A stretch of 24,960 nt of DNA, from the IMG/VR virus record IMGVR_UViG_3300011423_000030, positions 1 to 24,960 of that record; one strand, written 5' to 3'. Shown here piece after piece: positions 7,370 through 15,767 of this stretch. A program made the position numbers and the translations under genes. The stretch is from a virus. Taxonomy: Duplodnaviria; Caudoviricetes. Position 1 is the first letter of the stretch, and each line of letters opens with the position of its first letter. Under the pieces are notes generated by a model that did no database searches, was not told where the DNA came from, and saw nothing but the letters and a program-made list of their open reading frames with translations.

Positions 7370-9997
7370 ATGGACAACTTCCCCTATCAGCAAGACGCAG
7401 TACTGGACGAAGAGGAGCTCCCGGCAGAGTTCGACATGGATCAATTCATGGAGGATGAGATCGATCCTGATGTCGTCGAGATGCCTGATGGCTCCGCTAT
7501 GGTCACGATGGATGAGCTTGAGGGACAGGCGCAGGGTGGCTTCTACGAGAACTTAGCCTTGGTGATGAGCGAGTCCGAGACCTCCAAGCTGGCGATCCGG
7601 TTCATGTACAACATTGACGCTGACAAGAAGGCCCGTGAGAAGCGTGATGAGCAGTATGCCGAGGGCATGAAGCGTACCGGGATGGGTGAGGAGGCTCCGG
7701 GTGGTGCTGACTTCGATGGTGCATCCAAGGTGGCTCACCCAGTACTCGCTGAAGCCTCTGTTGACTTTGCAGCTCGTGCCATGAAGGAGCTGTTCCCGGC
7801 AGATGGGCCTGTGCGTACCACGACCATAGGGGAAGCGTCCGAGGAGAAGACTGAGATCGCAGAACGCAAGCGGGACTACATGAACTGGCAGCTCACTGAG
7901 CAGATCGTGGAGTTCCGTGATGAACTACAGCAGCTACTGACCCAGCTACCACTCGGTGGCAGTCAATTCCTCAAGCTATGGTGGGATGCCAAGAAGCGCA
8001 GACCTCGTGCTCAGTTCATCCCGATAGATCGCATCTACCTCCCATTCACTGCATCCAGTTTCTATACGGCTCCACGGGTAACTGAGGTACAGGACATCTC
8101 CGACTTCGAATTCAGACAGCGTGTGGAGCAGGGCATCTACCGTGACACCGATCAATTGACCTCATCGATGGAACCTGAAGCCTCCGAGTCCGAGACAGCC
8201 AACAGGAGGATCGAGGGCAAGGAATATCAGGATAGTGATGATGGGATCAGGCGCATCTACCACATCGAGTGCTACCTCGAGCTGGATGATGATCCGATCA
8301 CCAAGGGCGCGATGGCTCCCTACACCATGATGATCGATGACAACGACTACTCGGTGCTCGGGCTCTACCGGAACTGGGAGGATGGAGACCCTGACTTCGA
8401 GGAGCTCGACTGGATCGTGGAGTTCAAGTTCATCCCGTGGAGAGGCGCATACGCTATCGGGTTCTTCCAGCTCATCGGAGGTCTAGCAGCCAGTGCTACA
8501 GGATCACTACGGGCTCTGCTCGATACAGCGCATGCCCAGAACTCCATGACCATGCTGAAGCTCAAGGGTGGGAAGGTAGGAGGCCAATCGAAGCAGGTGG
8601 ACATCGGTGAGGTGGTCGAGATCGAGGCCATTGCAGGTATCGATGACATCCGGAAGATAGCGATGCCTATGCCGTACAACCCTCCATCCGAGACACTGTA
8701 CAAGCTACTTGGGTGGCTGACTGATGCTGCCAAGGGTGTGGTTACGACTGCCGAGGAGAAGATTGCCGATGCTACTAACAATATGCCTGTGGGAACTGCT
8801 CAGGCACTTATCGAACAGGGATCGGTAGTATTCAGCTCGATCCATGCCGGACTCCATGCATCCCAGAAGCGAGTGCTCCGGATACTCCAGAGGATAGACA
8901 GGTTCTACCTCAAGGATCAGAAGCAGGATTACATGGTGGAGGAGCTGAAGGTAATCCCCTCAGACTTCGATATCGATACCAATGTCATCCCGGTCAGCGA
9001 TCCACACATATTCTCGGAAGGACAACGGGTAGCCCAGAATCAGGCGATCCTCCAGATGATGGAGAAGGCCCCGGAGCTGTACGATGCTCGTGCTGTGCAT
9101 AGCCGGGTACTGAAGCAGATGAAGGTTCCGAACGTCTCTGAGATCATGCCCCAGTACAACAAGAACGTCGAGATGAATGCCAGCGATGAGAATGCTGCGA
9201 TGTGTCTGGGACGTGCGGTCGTAGCCTATCCGGAGCAGGATCAACTGGCTCACCTCGAGTCACACATGGCCTTCGCGCTAGACCCGGTACTCGGATCGAA
9301 CCCGCTGCTGTCTCCTACGTTCATCCCTGCCGTACTCGAGCACGTGAAGCAGCACATGGTTCTCTGGTACACCCAGCGAGTCGAGTACTACGCCGGGGAG
9401 CGGGTAGGAGAGCTGAAGCCCAAGTACTCCAAGAAGACCGATATGTCCACCATCGACAAGGCAGTCGCCAGCGCATCTCACATGGTAACCAACGATACCA
9501 AGGCTGGGTTCGCTCAGTTCATGCCCGTACTACAGCAGCTCCAGCAGATGGCAGCGCAGATCGCAGACTCCCAGAAGAAGGCCGCTATTCCTCCCGATCC
9601 ACAGGCAGATGCTTATATCCAGACTGGCATGGCTGAGACCCAGCGCAAGGCCGAGAAGGACAAGGCAGATACCCTGATGGACATGAAGAAGCTCGAGGCT
9701 CAGGTGCAGGAAGCCAGTGACAAGAACCAACTGACTGCTGCGATGGCGACCGAGAAGAACCTCACCGAAGAACGGATGGCGACACTCGATCTGACTGTTG
9801 AAGCTGCCAAGATCAAAAGGGAGCAGGAACAGACAGTTATGGACTTGCAGAATCAATTGCAGGATACTATTACCGAACAGCAACTTAATGAGCGTGATCT
9901 AGCCGACAAGATGTCCAACTTAACAGGAGAGCAGAATGCACAACAAGAACCACAAGGCCGAGTCCAACCAGAAGGGGGAGTTAACCAACCAGCATAA
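7370..9997 (+). CDS. Portal protein (large, P22-like, with coiled-coil C-terminal barrel)
   Basis: Motifs GASKVAHPVLAEA.VDF.AR..KELFP.DGPV, YMNWQLTE, LPLGGSQF.K and LRALLD; Q/E-rich helical C-terminus; lies between terL and the head genes. Confidence 0.9.
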   Translation: MDNFPYQQDAVLDEEELPAEFDMDQFMEDEIDPDVVEMPDGSAMVTMDELEGQAQGGFYENLALVMSESETSKLAIRFMYNIDADKKAREKRDEQYAEGMKRTGMGEEAPGGADFDGASKVAHPVLAEASVDFAARAMKELFPADGPVRTTTIGEASEEKTEIAERKRDYMNWQLTEQIVEFRDELQQLLTQLPLGGSQFLKLWWDAKKRRPRAQFIPIDRIYLPFTASSFYTAPRVTEVQDISDFEFRQRVEQGIYRDTDQLTSSMEPEASESETANRRIEGKEYQDSDDGIRRIYHIECYLELDDDPITKGAMAPYTMMIDDNDYSVLGLYRNWEDGDPDFEELDWIVEFKFIPWRGAYAIGFFQLIGGLAASATGSLRALLDTAHAQNSMTMLKLKGGKVGGQSKQVDIGEVVEIEAIAGIDDIRKIAMPMPYNPPSETLYKLLGWLTDAAKGVVTTAEEKIADATNNMPVGTAQALIEQGSVVFSSIHAGLHASQKRVLRILQRIDRFYLKDQKQDYMVEELKVIPSDFDIDTNVIPVSDPHIFSEGQRVAQNQAILQMMEKAPELYDARAVHSRVLKQMKVPNVSEIMPQYNKNVEMNASDENAAMCLGRAVVAYPEQDQLAHLESHMAFALDPVLGSNPLLSPTFIPAVLEHVKQHMVLWYTQRVEYYAGERVGELKPKYSKKTDMSTIDKAVASASHMVTNDTKAGFAQFMPVLQQLQQMAAQIADSQKKAAIPPDPQADAYIQTGMAETQRKAEKDKADTLMDMKKLEAQVQEASDKNQLTAAMATEKNLTEERMATLDLTVEAAKIKREQEQTVMDLQNQLQDTITEQQLNERDLADKMSNLTGEQNAQQEPQGRVQPEGGVNQPA

Positions 9998-10073
9998 GCG
10001 CATGGCTATGGGAGCACCCGTGAATGGCAAGACCAACACAGCTCCTCCGGCAATCAAGAAGGGCAATAAGTGA
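9936..10073 (+). CDS. 45-aa basic hypothetical protein (MHNKNHKAESNQKGELTNQHKRMAMGAPV...KKGNK), not in the ORF track
   Basis: AGGAG at 9925-9929, then ATG 9936. Its TGA overlaps the GTG of the next ORF. It overlaps the portal 3' end by 62 nt. Confidence 0.7.
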   Translation: MHNKNHKAESNQKGELTNQHKRMAMGAPVNGKTNTAPPAIKKGNK

Positions 10074-10246
10074 TCGATGTAGCCAAGCTGATCGCCAAGA
10101 TATCTGACCTGAAGAAGGCGAGTGACAAGTGTATTACTGATGGCACTCCTCATAAGATCAAGGACTACAAGTATCAGGTGGGCTACGGACATGGGGTACA
10201 GGCAGTAGCTGATGCCCTCGAGAAGTTGATGGACGATGAAGAGTAA
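10070..10246 (+). CDS. 58-aa hypothetical protein (MIDVAKLIAKISDLKK...YKYQVGYGHGVQAVADALEKLMDDEE), not in the ORF track
   Basis: GTGA overlap with the previous ORF; genome-typical codons; helical pattern with Y..VG..G. Confidence 0.75.
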   Translation: MIDVAKLIAKISDLKKASDKCITDGTPHKIKDYKYQVGYGHGVQAVADALEKLMDDEE

Positions 10247-10248
10247 AT

Positions 10249-10262
10249 AGGGACGCGTCCCT
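10249..10262. promoter_or_regulatory. Palindromic site 5, AGGGACGCGTCCCT (intergenic, perfect 14-bp palindrome)
   Basis: Begins 2 nt after TAA 10244-10246, upstream of the GroES-like gene. Confidence 0.85.
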
Positions 10263-10326
10263 TTCCCCTTTCAAAGATAGCGTGATTGCTATGTGTCGCA
10301 CTGAGAGATGTGCATTTACATGAAAG

Positions 10327-10854
10327 ATGACTATGAGACAGACAGCAGAAGAGAAGAAGGACTTGGAACTGGATGCAGCCAAGCAGCACAAGCCTATGGT
10401 CAAGATGGTGAAGTGTGCTGAAGATGATCCGAAGTGTGCGCCAGAGGAAGCCCTAGACTACGACGAGGAGATGACCTATGCCTTCCCCGAGGTGAATCCC
10501 GGAGCGAGGCCACTGGGGGGCAGGATACTGGTTCAGCTCAAGCGTATCAGGGCTACCAAGAAGGGATCACCGATCATCATGCCGGGTTCCTATGTCGAGG
10601 CAGAGAAGTACCAGAACATGGTTGGGAAGGTGATCGCTATCGGGCCTCTCGCATTCAAGAAGCGTGACTCGATGGAACCGTGGCCTGAGGGATCGTGGTG
10701 TGAGATTGGGGACTATCTTAGAGTGCCGAAGTGGGGTGGGGATCGGTGGGAGGTTCCATTCGATGATGGGCTGGTTACTTTCGTGGTTATGAACGATCAC
10801 GAGATCATCGCAGCGATCACTGGCAATCCACTTGAGATGAAGGCGTACTACTAA
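10327..10854 (+). CDS. GroES/Cpn10-like co-chaperonin with N-terminal extension
   Basis: RPLGGRILVQ, mobile-loop-like GSPIIMP, GKVIAIGP, IGD and MNDHEIIA. The exact start is uncertain. Confidence 0.85.
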   Translation: MTMRQTAEEKKDLELDAAKQHKPMVKMVKCAEDDPKCAPEEALDYDEEMTYAFPEVNPGARPLGGRILVQLKRIRATKKGSPIIMPGSYVEAEKYQNMVGKVIAIGPLAFKKRDSMEPWPEGSWCEIGDYLRVPKWGGDRWEVPFDDGLVTFVVMNDHEIIAAITGNPLEMKAYY

Positions 10855-11111
10855 TGAAGATCACTAAGATAACTCACGAACGGCTGGAGGAACTCATAGT
10901 ATCTTCTGAGTACCATCGATTCCCCGGCACAACAGTCACCATATGCCTTCTGACCCTGACCAATGGCTTTAATGTAATCGGCAAGAGTGCATGTATCGAT
11001 CCAGCCAATTTCGAACAGGACATTGGTGAGGAAGTAGCATTCAACCATGCCTTTGATCAGCTATGGGACTTGGAAGGCTATCACGCAATGTCTTTGAATG
11101 GGAGGTCATAG
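10854..11111 (+). CDS. N4 Gp49 / Sf6 gp66 family protein
   Basis: TICLL.L.NGF.V.G.SAC.DP.NF...IG...A...A..QLW.LEGY is the characteristic family pattern. Confidence 0.85.
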   Translation: MKITKITHERLEELIVSSEYHRFPGTTVTICLLTLTNGFNVIGKSACIDPANFEQDIGEEVAFNHAFDQLWDLEGYHAMSLNGRS

Positions 11112-12098
11112 ATGGGAACCCAACATAGACCAGATGAGGACGACTTCCAGATCGTCGAGAACAAGGATGGCACGGTTGCCGTAGATGGGCTGGATATCCC
11201 TGAGGGCGATGGTGTCAGCGATGAGGATGAGGGTGGTGGCTTCACTGCCTCGACTACCCAGAATATCCCGGACGATGGTGGTCAGGATCAGGCATCCGAC
11301 ACGGACGAGATACGCAATATCAGGCGCGAGAAGCGGAAGGCCAAGAAGGTATTCCATGCCCAGCAACGTGCCGAGAAAGACATGCGGTTCGAGCAGCTCA
11401 AGCAGGAGAACCAGACCCTCGTAGCACGTCTGACCTCCCTCGAGCAGAAGAATCACAAGGATGACCTGTCCCGGCTGGACTCTGAGCTGAACAATGAGAT
11501 GACCCGGTACGAGTACGCCGAGGATGAGATCAGGAAGGCTACCGCCAGTGGCAATGGGAATGCCATGATCGCAGCTACTCGGGTGCTGAATGATGCCCGT
11601 GACAAGGTCAAGTTGCTGTCCGAACTGAAGGAACGCGCAGCCCAGCCACAGCAGCCCAAGACGATAGCTGACGACCCTGAGGTGCAGCGAATGGCACGTG
11701 ACTGGATCGCCAACAATCCGTGGTATGACCCCAAGCTCGGTGACCAAGACTCAGAGATTGCACTGGCACTCGACAAGAGACTGATAAAAGAGGGATATAA
11801 TCCGAAAACTACAATGTACTGGGATGAGTTCAATTCCCGGTTACAGAAGACACTACCGCATCGTTATAGCAATGCTAACGGCAATGACAACGAGGTGGTC
11901 AGGGAAAGGCCCAGAAGTATGAACGTATCACAGGAACATGGAAGCATAACTAGCGGTCGCTCCGCGAACAGCTTCATGCTTAATCAAGAGAGAGTCAGGG
12001 CGTTGAAGGAGGCCGGGATGTGGGATGACCCTGCCAAGCGCAACAAGATGATCAAGCGATACTATGATATGGACAAGAAAGCTGGGAGGCAGACATGA
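11112..12098 (+). CDS. Probable capsid scaffolding protein
   Basis: Acidic N-terminus, long coiled coil and W...NPWY motif; located between portal and capsid genes. Confidence 0.6.
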   Translation: MGTQHRPDEDDFQIVENKDGTVAVDGLDIPEGDGVSDEDEGGGFTASTTQNIPDDGGQDQASDTDEIRNIRREKRKAKKVFHAQQRAEKDMRFEQLKQENQTLVARLTSLEQKNHKDDLSRLDSELNNEMTRYEYAEDEIRKATASGNGNAMIAATRVLNDARDKVKLLSELKERAAQPQQPKTIADDPEVQRMARDWIANNPWYDPKLGDQDSEIALALDKRLIKEGYNPKTTMYWDEFNSRLQKTLPHRYSNANGNDNEVVRERPRSMNVSQEHGSITSGRSANSFMLNQERVRALKEAGMWDDPAKRNKMIKRYYDMDKKAGRQT

Positions 12099-12643
12099 GC
12101 GCAAGTGATGACAGAATCAAGAAGACAGTAACTGGGGCAGACCGTGAGAACCGTGGAACAGCAGACGAGAGCCGGAAGTCACCAGAGGCAATGAACGTAT
12201 CTTCAGAAGAACTACGGAAGTTATTCAGGGAGAACTGGACGCAGCAAGCACTGCCCGATCCTCCCGCAATACCCGGATGGCACACCTGCTGGCTTTCAAC
12301 GACCAACGTCTATGACACGATAGATCGGCGCATGAAGCTGGGGTATGTTCGCGTGACTCCTGAAGAATCTGGATTGAGTGATTCGATGAGATTGAAGGAG
12401 GGCCAGTTCGCGGGATTCATATCCTGCAATGAAATGCTCCTCTTCAAGATACCGATGGCCTCATTCCAAGAAGCGATGCAAATATTTCACCATGAAGCTC
12501 CAGCAGAGAATGCCGCAAGTATCCGGAGGAAGATCGAAGAAGTCCAATTCCAAGATAACGATGGCAGGAAGCTCGGGAGCATTGATGAGGGTATGAGGAA
12601 TATGGCAGACGACAGGAAGCCTACCCCTACCTTCATTGGATAA
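12095..12643 (+). CDS. Conserved hypothetical head-module protein
   Basis: ATGA overlap; GGAGG RBS; motif P.IPGW..CWLST...R.KLGY..V. Confidence 0.7.
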   Translation: MSASDDRIKKTVTGADRENRGTADESRKSPEAMNVSSEELRKLFRENWTQQALPDPPAIPGWHTCWLSTTNVYDTIDRRMKLGYVRVTPEESGLSDSMRLKEGQFAGFISCNEMLLFKIPMASFQEAMQIFHHEAPAENAASIRRKIEEVQFQDNDGRKLGSIDEGMRNMADDRKPTPTFIG

Positions 12644-12662
12644 TCCAATTTAGGAGAATGAT

Positions 12663-13235
12663 ATGTCGCAAACCAACAAGCCATTCGGACTGACACCGAT
12701 CTACCACCCAAGTGGGGTGATCAAGCCTACCGTGGTGAGAGATGGCATCTTATCCGGCTATGCCTTCAATCTGCTCAAGGGACAGTTCGTCAAGCTCAAT
12801 ACCAACGGCACGATTGAGAAGGCTGCTGTAGGAGATGCAGGTGTCGGTACTTTCCACGGTGTTCAATGGACAGACACCACAGGACGCACTCGTGTGTCCA
12901 ACTACTGGCCTGCCAATACCGTCTACCAAGTCGGTTCCTGCCAAGTGTTCTTCTATGCTGATCCAGACATCATCTATGAAGGTCAGGCAGATGGGCCAGT
13001 GCTGCAAACTGCTATCGGTGATCAGGTGGACATCTCCAACCCAGATGCTGGTTCTGCTATAACGGGGCTATCTCAAGCCACATTGAGTACTGTGCTCGCT
13101 GGAGTAGGCGTACAGAAGACATTCATAGTGCTCGGGCAAGGGTTAGGTGTTGATAACAATTGGGGTGATCCTTTCACGGTTCTTCGTGTGAAGATCAACG
13201 AATCTCAATTCCAAGCTCCTGTTAACGCAATCTAA
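12663..13235 (+). CDS. Probable capsid decoration/cement protein
   Basis: Beta-rich, begins N.PFGL.P, lies immediately upstream of the major capsid gene; RBS AGGAG. Confidence 0.55.
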   Translation: MSQTNKPFGLTPIYHPSGVIKPTVVRDGILSGYAFNLLKGQFVKLNTNGTIEKAAVGDAGVGTFHGVQWTDTTGRTRVSNYWPANTVYQVGSCQVFFYADPDIIYEGQADGPVLQTAIGDQVDISNPDAGSAITGLSQATLSTVLAGVGVQKTFIVLGQGLGVDNNWGDPFTVLRVKINESQFQAPVNAI

Positions 13236-13266
13236 CAGCCAGCTAACTGATTAAGGAGACTCTAAT

Positions 13267-14181
13267 ATGTCAGCACCTATGAATAGTATGGACTTCCGCT
13301 CGATAGTTGAGCCGATCCTGAATGAATGCTTCGACGGACTGTATGACCTACGGAAGGATGAGTGGTCTAAGGTATTCCGTGAAGAGCAAGGTATTCCCCG
13401 TAACTACCACGAAGAGCCAGTATTGTATGGCTTCCCATCTGCTCCTGAGATGCCTGAGGGAACTCCGGTCACCTACCAACAAGGTGGTGTGCTGTTCCTC
13501 AAGCGTTATGTCTACCGTCCATACGGCATGGCATTCGCTCTGACTAAGGTGCTCGTTGAGGATGGCGACCATATCCGTATCGGTTCCACGTTCTCCCAGC
13601 ACTTGGCTCAATCGTTGATCGACACGAAGGAAACACTGTCGGCTAACGTGATCAATCGCAGCTTCAACCCGAACTTCATCGGTGGCGATGGCGTGAGCTT
13701 GATCAGTACCCAGCATCCTATCTCCCGTGGCGTACTCAGCAACCAGCTCAACACTGCTGCTGCACTGTCCCAGACCTCGCTCGAGCAGATGCTCATTCAG
13801 GTTCGGTTGGCAGAGGACAACACAGGCAAGAAGGTAATCATCACTCCTCAGCAACTGGTAGTTCATCCCGGCAATATGTTCCAAGCCGAGGTGATCATCA
13901 ACAGCGTACTCCGGACAGGTGGGGCTAACAACGACCTGAACCCGATCAAGTCCACTGGCAGCTTGCCTAAGGGTGCTGTAGTCATCTCTCGCCTGACCTC
14001 GCCTACAGCTTGGTGGGTACAGACTGACGCTCCTCAGGGCATGAAGCTGATGATGAGACGTAAGCTGGAGAAGACCTTGGAAGGTGACTTCCAGACTGAC
14101 TCGATGCAGTACAAGGCAACAGAAAGATACGATGTAGGTTGGACGGACTGGAGAGCAATGTGGGGTACTCCCGGTCTATAG
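13267..14181 (+). CDS. Major capsid protein (HK97 fold, Mu gpT-like)
   Basis: 304 aa with strong RBS TAAGGAG; motifs PEG.PV.Y, GGDGVSL.S..HP, P.QLVVHP and Y.ATERY..GW.DWR..WG..G. Confidence 0.88.
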   Translation: MSAPMNSMDFRSIVEPILNECFDGLYDLRKDEWSKVFREEQGIPRNYHEEPVLYGFPSAPEMPEGTPVTYQQGGVLFLKRYVYRPYGMAFALTKVLVEDGDHIRIGSTFSQHLAQSLIDTKETLSANVINRSFNPNFIGGDGVSLISTQHPISRGVLSNQLNTAAALSQTSLEQMLIQVRLAEDNTGKKVIITPQQLVVHPGNMFQAEVIINSVLRTGGANNDLNPIKSTGSLPKGAVVISRLTSPTAWWVQTDAPQGMKLMMRRKLEKTLEGDFQTDSMQYKATERYDVGWTDWRAMWGTPGL

Positions 14182-14185
14182 TAGC

Positions 14186-14227
14186 GTGATGGCATTCAGG
14201 TGTAGTATGACTATGCCTGACTGTCAC
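14186..14227 (+). terminator. Long RNA hairpin after the capsid gene (terminator, stabiliser or processing site)
   Basis: GTGATGG/CTGTCAC outer stem and TCAGGTGTAGT/ACTATGCCTGA inner stem with G-U pairs. There is no U-tract, so the terminator call is weak. Confidence 0.4.
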
Positions 14228-14233
14228 CAATAA

Positions 14234-14247
14234 AGGGACGATTCCCT
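14234..14247. promoter_or_regulatory. Palindromic site 6, AGGGACGATTCCCT (intergenic)
   Basis: Follows the post-capsid hairpin; AT-rich flanks (AATAA / AATTTATA). Confidence 0.85.
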
Positions 14248-14325
14248 AATTTATACAAGAGATGAATATGCGCTAGTAATCAACAACTTATTCGATATCT
14301 AAACTTTTCAAGAAGGAAGACTATC

Positions 14326-15066
14326 ATGCCTCAATTCTCAGATGACATATTCTTGGGTACTGCCGAGACTGGTATGGGAATGAACCCTGCCCTCGGTGAA
14401 CCCTCTCCTATGGATAAAGGTGTTGGCCCACTTGGTCGCATCTATGTGTGGGACACTGTTCCCGCTGTCCTTGCTAACAACAACATCGCCCTTGCTCAAA
14501 TCCTCACTGCGTCTGCTGTCCTGACTGCTGGTGCTGGCAATACAGCTATCGTCAAGAATGGCGTACCTGCTGTTCAACTCGATGTCCCACGTGCTGTATC
14601 TGTCACTACTGGTGCTGGCACTCCCACGATCCAGCCTGTGACCATCCGTGGCTTCGACTACTACGGTCAGCCTATGTCCGAGGTGATCAACTCGAGTGGT
14701 GTTGCTAGTACTGCTGTGCTCGGGAAGAAAGCCTTCTATCAGATATCCAGCATCACTGTACCCGCGTCCACTGTAGTCACTATCGCTGTGGGTACTACCG
14801 ACATCCTCGGTCTGCCTGTTCGTGTGGTCGATCCTGCATACATTGCACGGGTAGGCTACAACGGTGTGATCGCGACCGATGCTGGTACTTTCGTGGCTGC
14901 TGCTACTGCTACTGCTACTCCTACCACTGGCGATGTCCGAGGCACTTACCTGCCGAGTGTTGCCACAAATGGAACACGTAGACTGGTGATGGGTATCCTG
15001 CTGGCTGGTATTGCTGTTGGCCCGAATGCAACGAGATTGGGAGCACTAGGCGTACCTCAAGCATAA
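14326..15066 (+). CDS. Putative virion structural protein (A/G/T/V-rich, beta-rich)
   Basis: Lies after the MCP gene; composition fits; shares TI.G.D..G....EVIN motif with the next ORF. Confidence 0.65.
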   Translation: MPQFSDDIFLGTAETGMGMNPALGEPSPMDKGVGPLGRIYVWDTVPAVLANNNIALAQILTASAVLTAGAGNTAIVKNGVPAVQLDVPRAVSVTTGAGTPTIQPVTIRGFDYYGQPMSEVINSSGVASTAVLGKKAFYQISSITVPASTVVTIAVGTTDILGLPVRVVDPAYIARVGYNGVIATDAGTFVAAATATATPTTGDVRGTYLPSVATNGTRRLVMGILLAGIAVGPNATRLGALGVPQA

Positions 15067-15076
15067 GGAGACTGAC

Positions 15077-15757
15077 ATGAGGCCAATTCAGTTCAATTAT
15101 GGAGGCTTACCTGCTGCGGTAATCAACTCTGTCGCACTGGCTCAAGCATTTACTGGTGGTGGGGAGATGATCCTCAACGGCACTCTATCGTCTGTCGTAC
15201 CCAAGTTCGTAGCCCAGATACCACCTGAAGTGACTCAAGGCCGGGTGGTTCTTCCTGCTGCTGTGCGTCTGACTATCTCATCGGCTGGCAACAATAGCAG
15301 TGTGATCTTCACGATCTACGGGACTGACTTCAGTGGTTCCGAGATCAAGGAAGTGATCAATGGTGGGAATGCGGTTCCTGTCACGACACGGTACTCCTAC
15401 AAGACAGTGACTCGTATCACTGTGGATGGCGTGACCAATGGCTCTGTGTCTGTCGGGAATGCTGCAACGGGTGCTGTGATCGTACCGCTGGACATCTATG
15501 TGCCGAATCAGGTGACCAACATCTCGGTGACCTTGCTGTCCGGTGCTGTGACTTACTCGGTTGAGTACACCAACGAAGACCCGTTCGACCTGACCATCAA
15601 TCACCAGTGGGTTCCACATCCTACCGCTGCTATGGTGGGTGCTACAGCCAGCCAGACAGCAGGGTTCACGGCAACATTGATGAGGGCAGTGCGATTGAAC
15701 ATCACGGCAGGTACAGGCTTAGTCCGGACGACCATCGTCCAACAATCTACGCAATAG
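15077..15757 (+). CDS. Putative virion structural protein, partial paralog of 14326-15066
   Basis: RBS TAAGGAG; shared motif; C-terminal beta domain (YSVEYT..DPF...W..HP...AVRLNITAGTG). Confidence 0.65.
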   Translation: MRPIQFNYGGLPAAVINSVALAQAFTGGGEMILNGTLSSVVPKFVAQIPPEVTQGRVVLPAAVRLTISSAGNNSSVIFTIYGTDFSGSEIKEVINGGNAVPVTTRYSYKTVTRITVDGVTNGSVSVGNAATGAVIVPLDIYVPNQVTNISVTLLSGAVTYSVEYTNEDPFDLTINHQWVPHPTAAMVGATASQTAGFTATLMRAVRLNITAGTGLVRTTIVQQSTQ

Positions 15758-15767
15758 GGAGAAGATC

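Noticed and set aside
11902-11908. GGGAAAG lambda G-T type slippery heptamer in the scaffold-like gene
   Set aside because: It is out of phase (codons AGG GAA AGG), so it is not X_XXY_YYZ in the reading frame.
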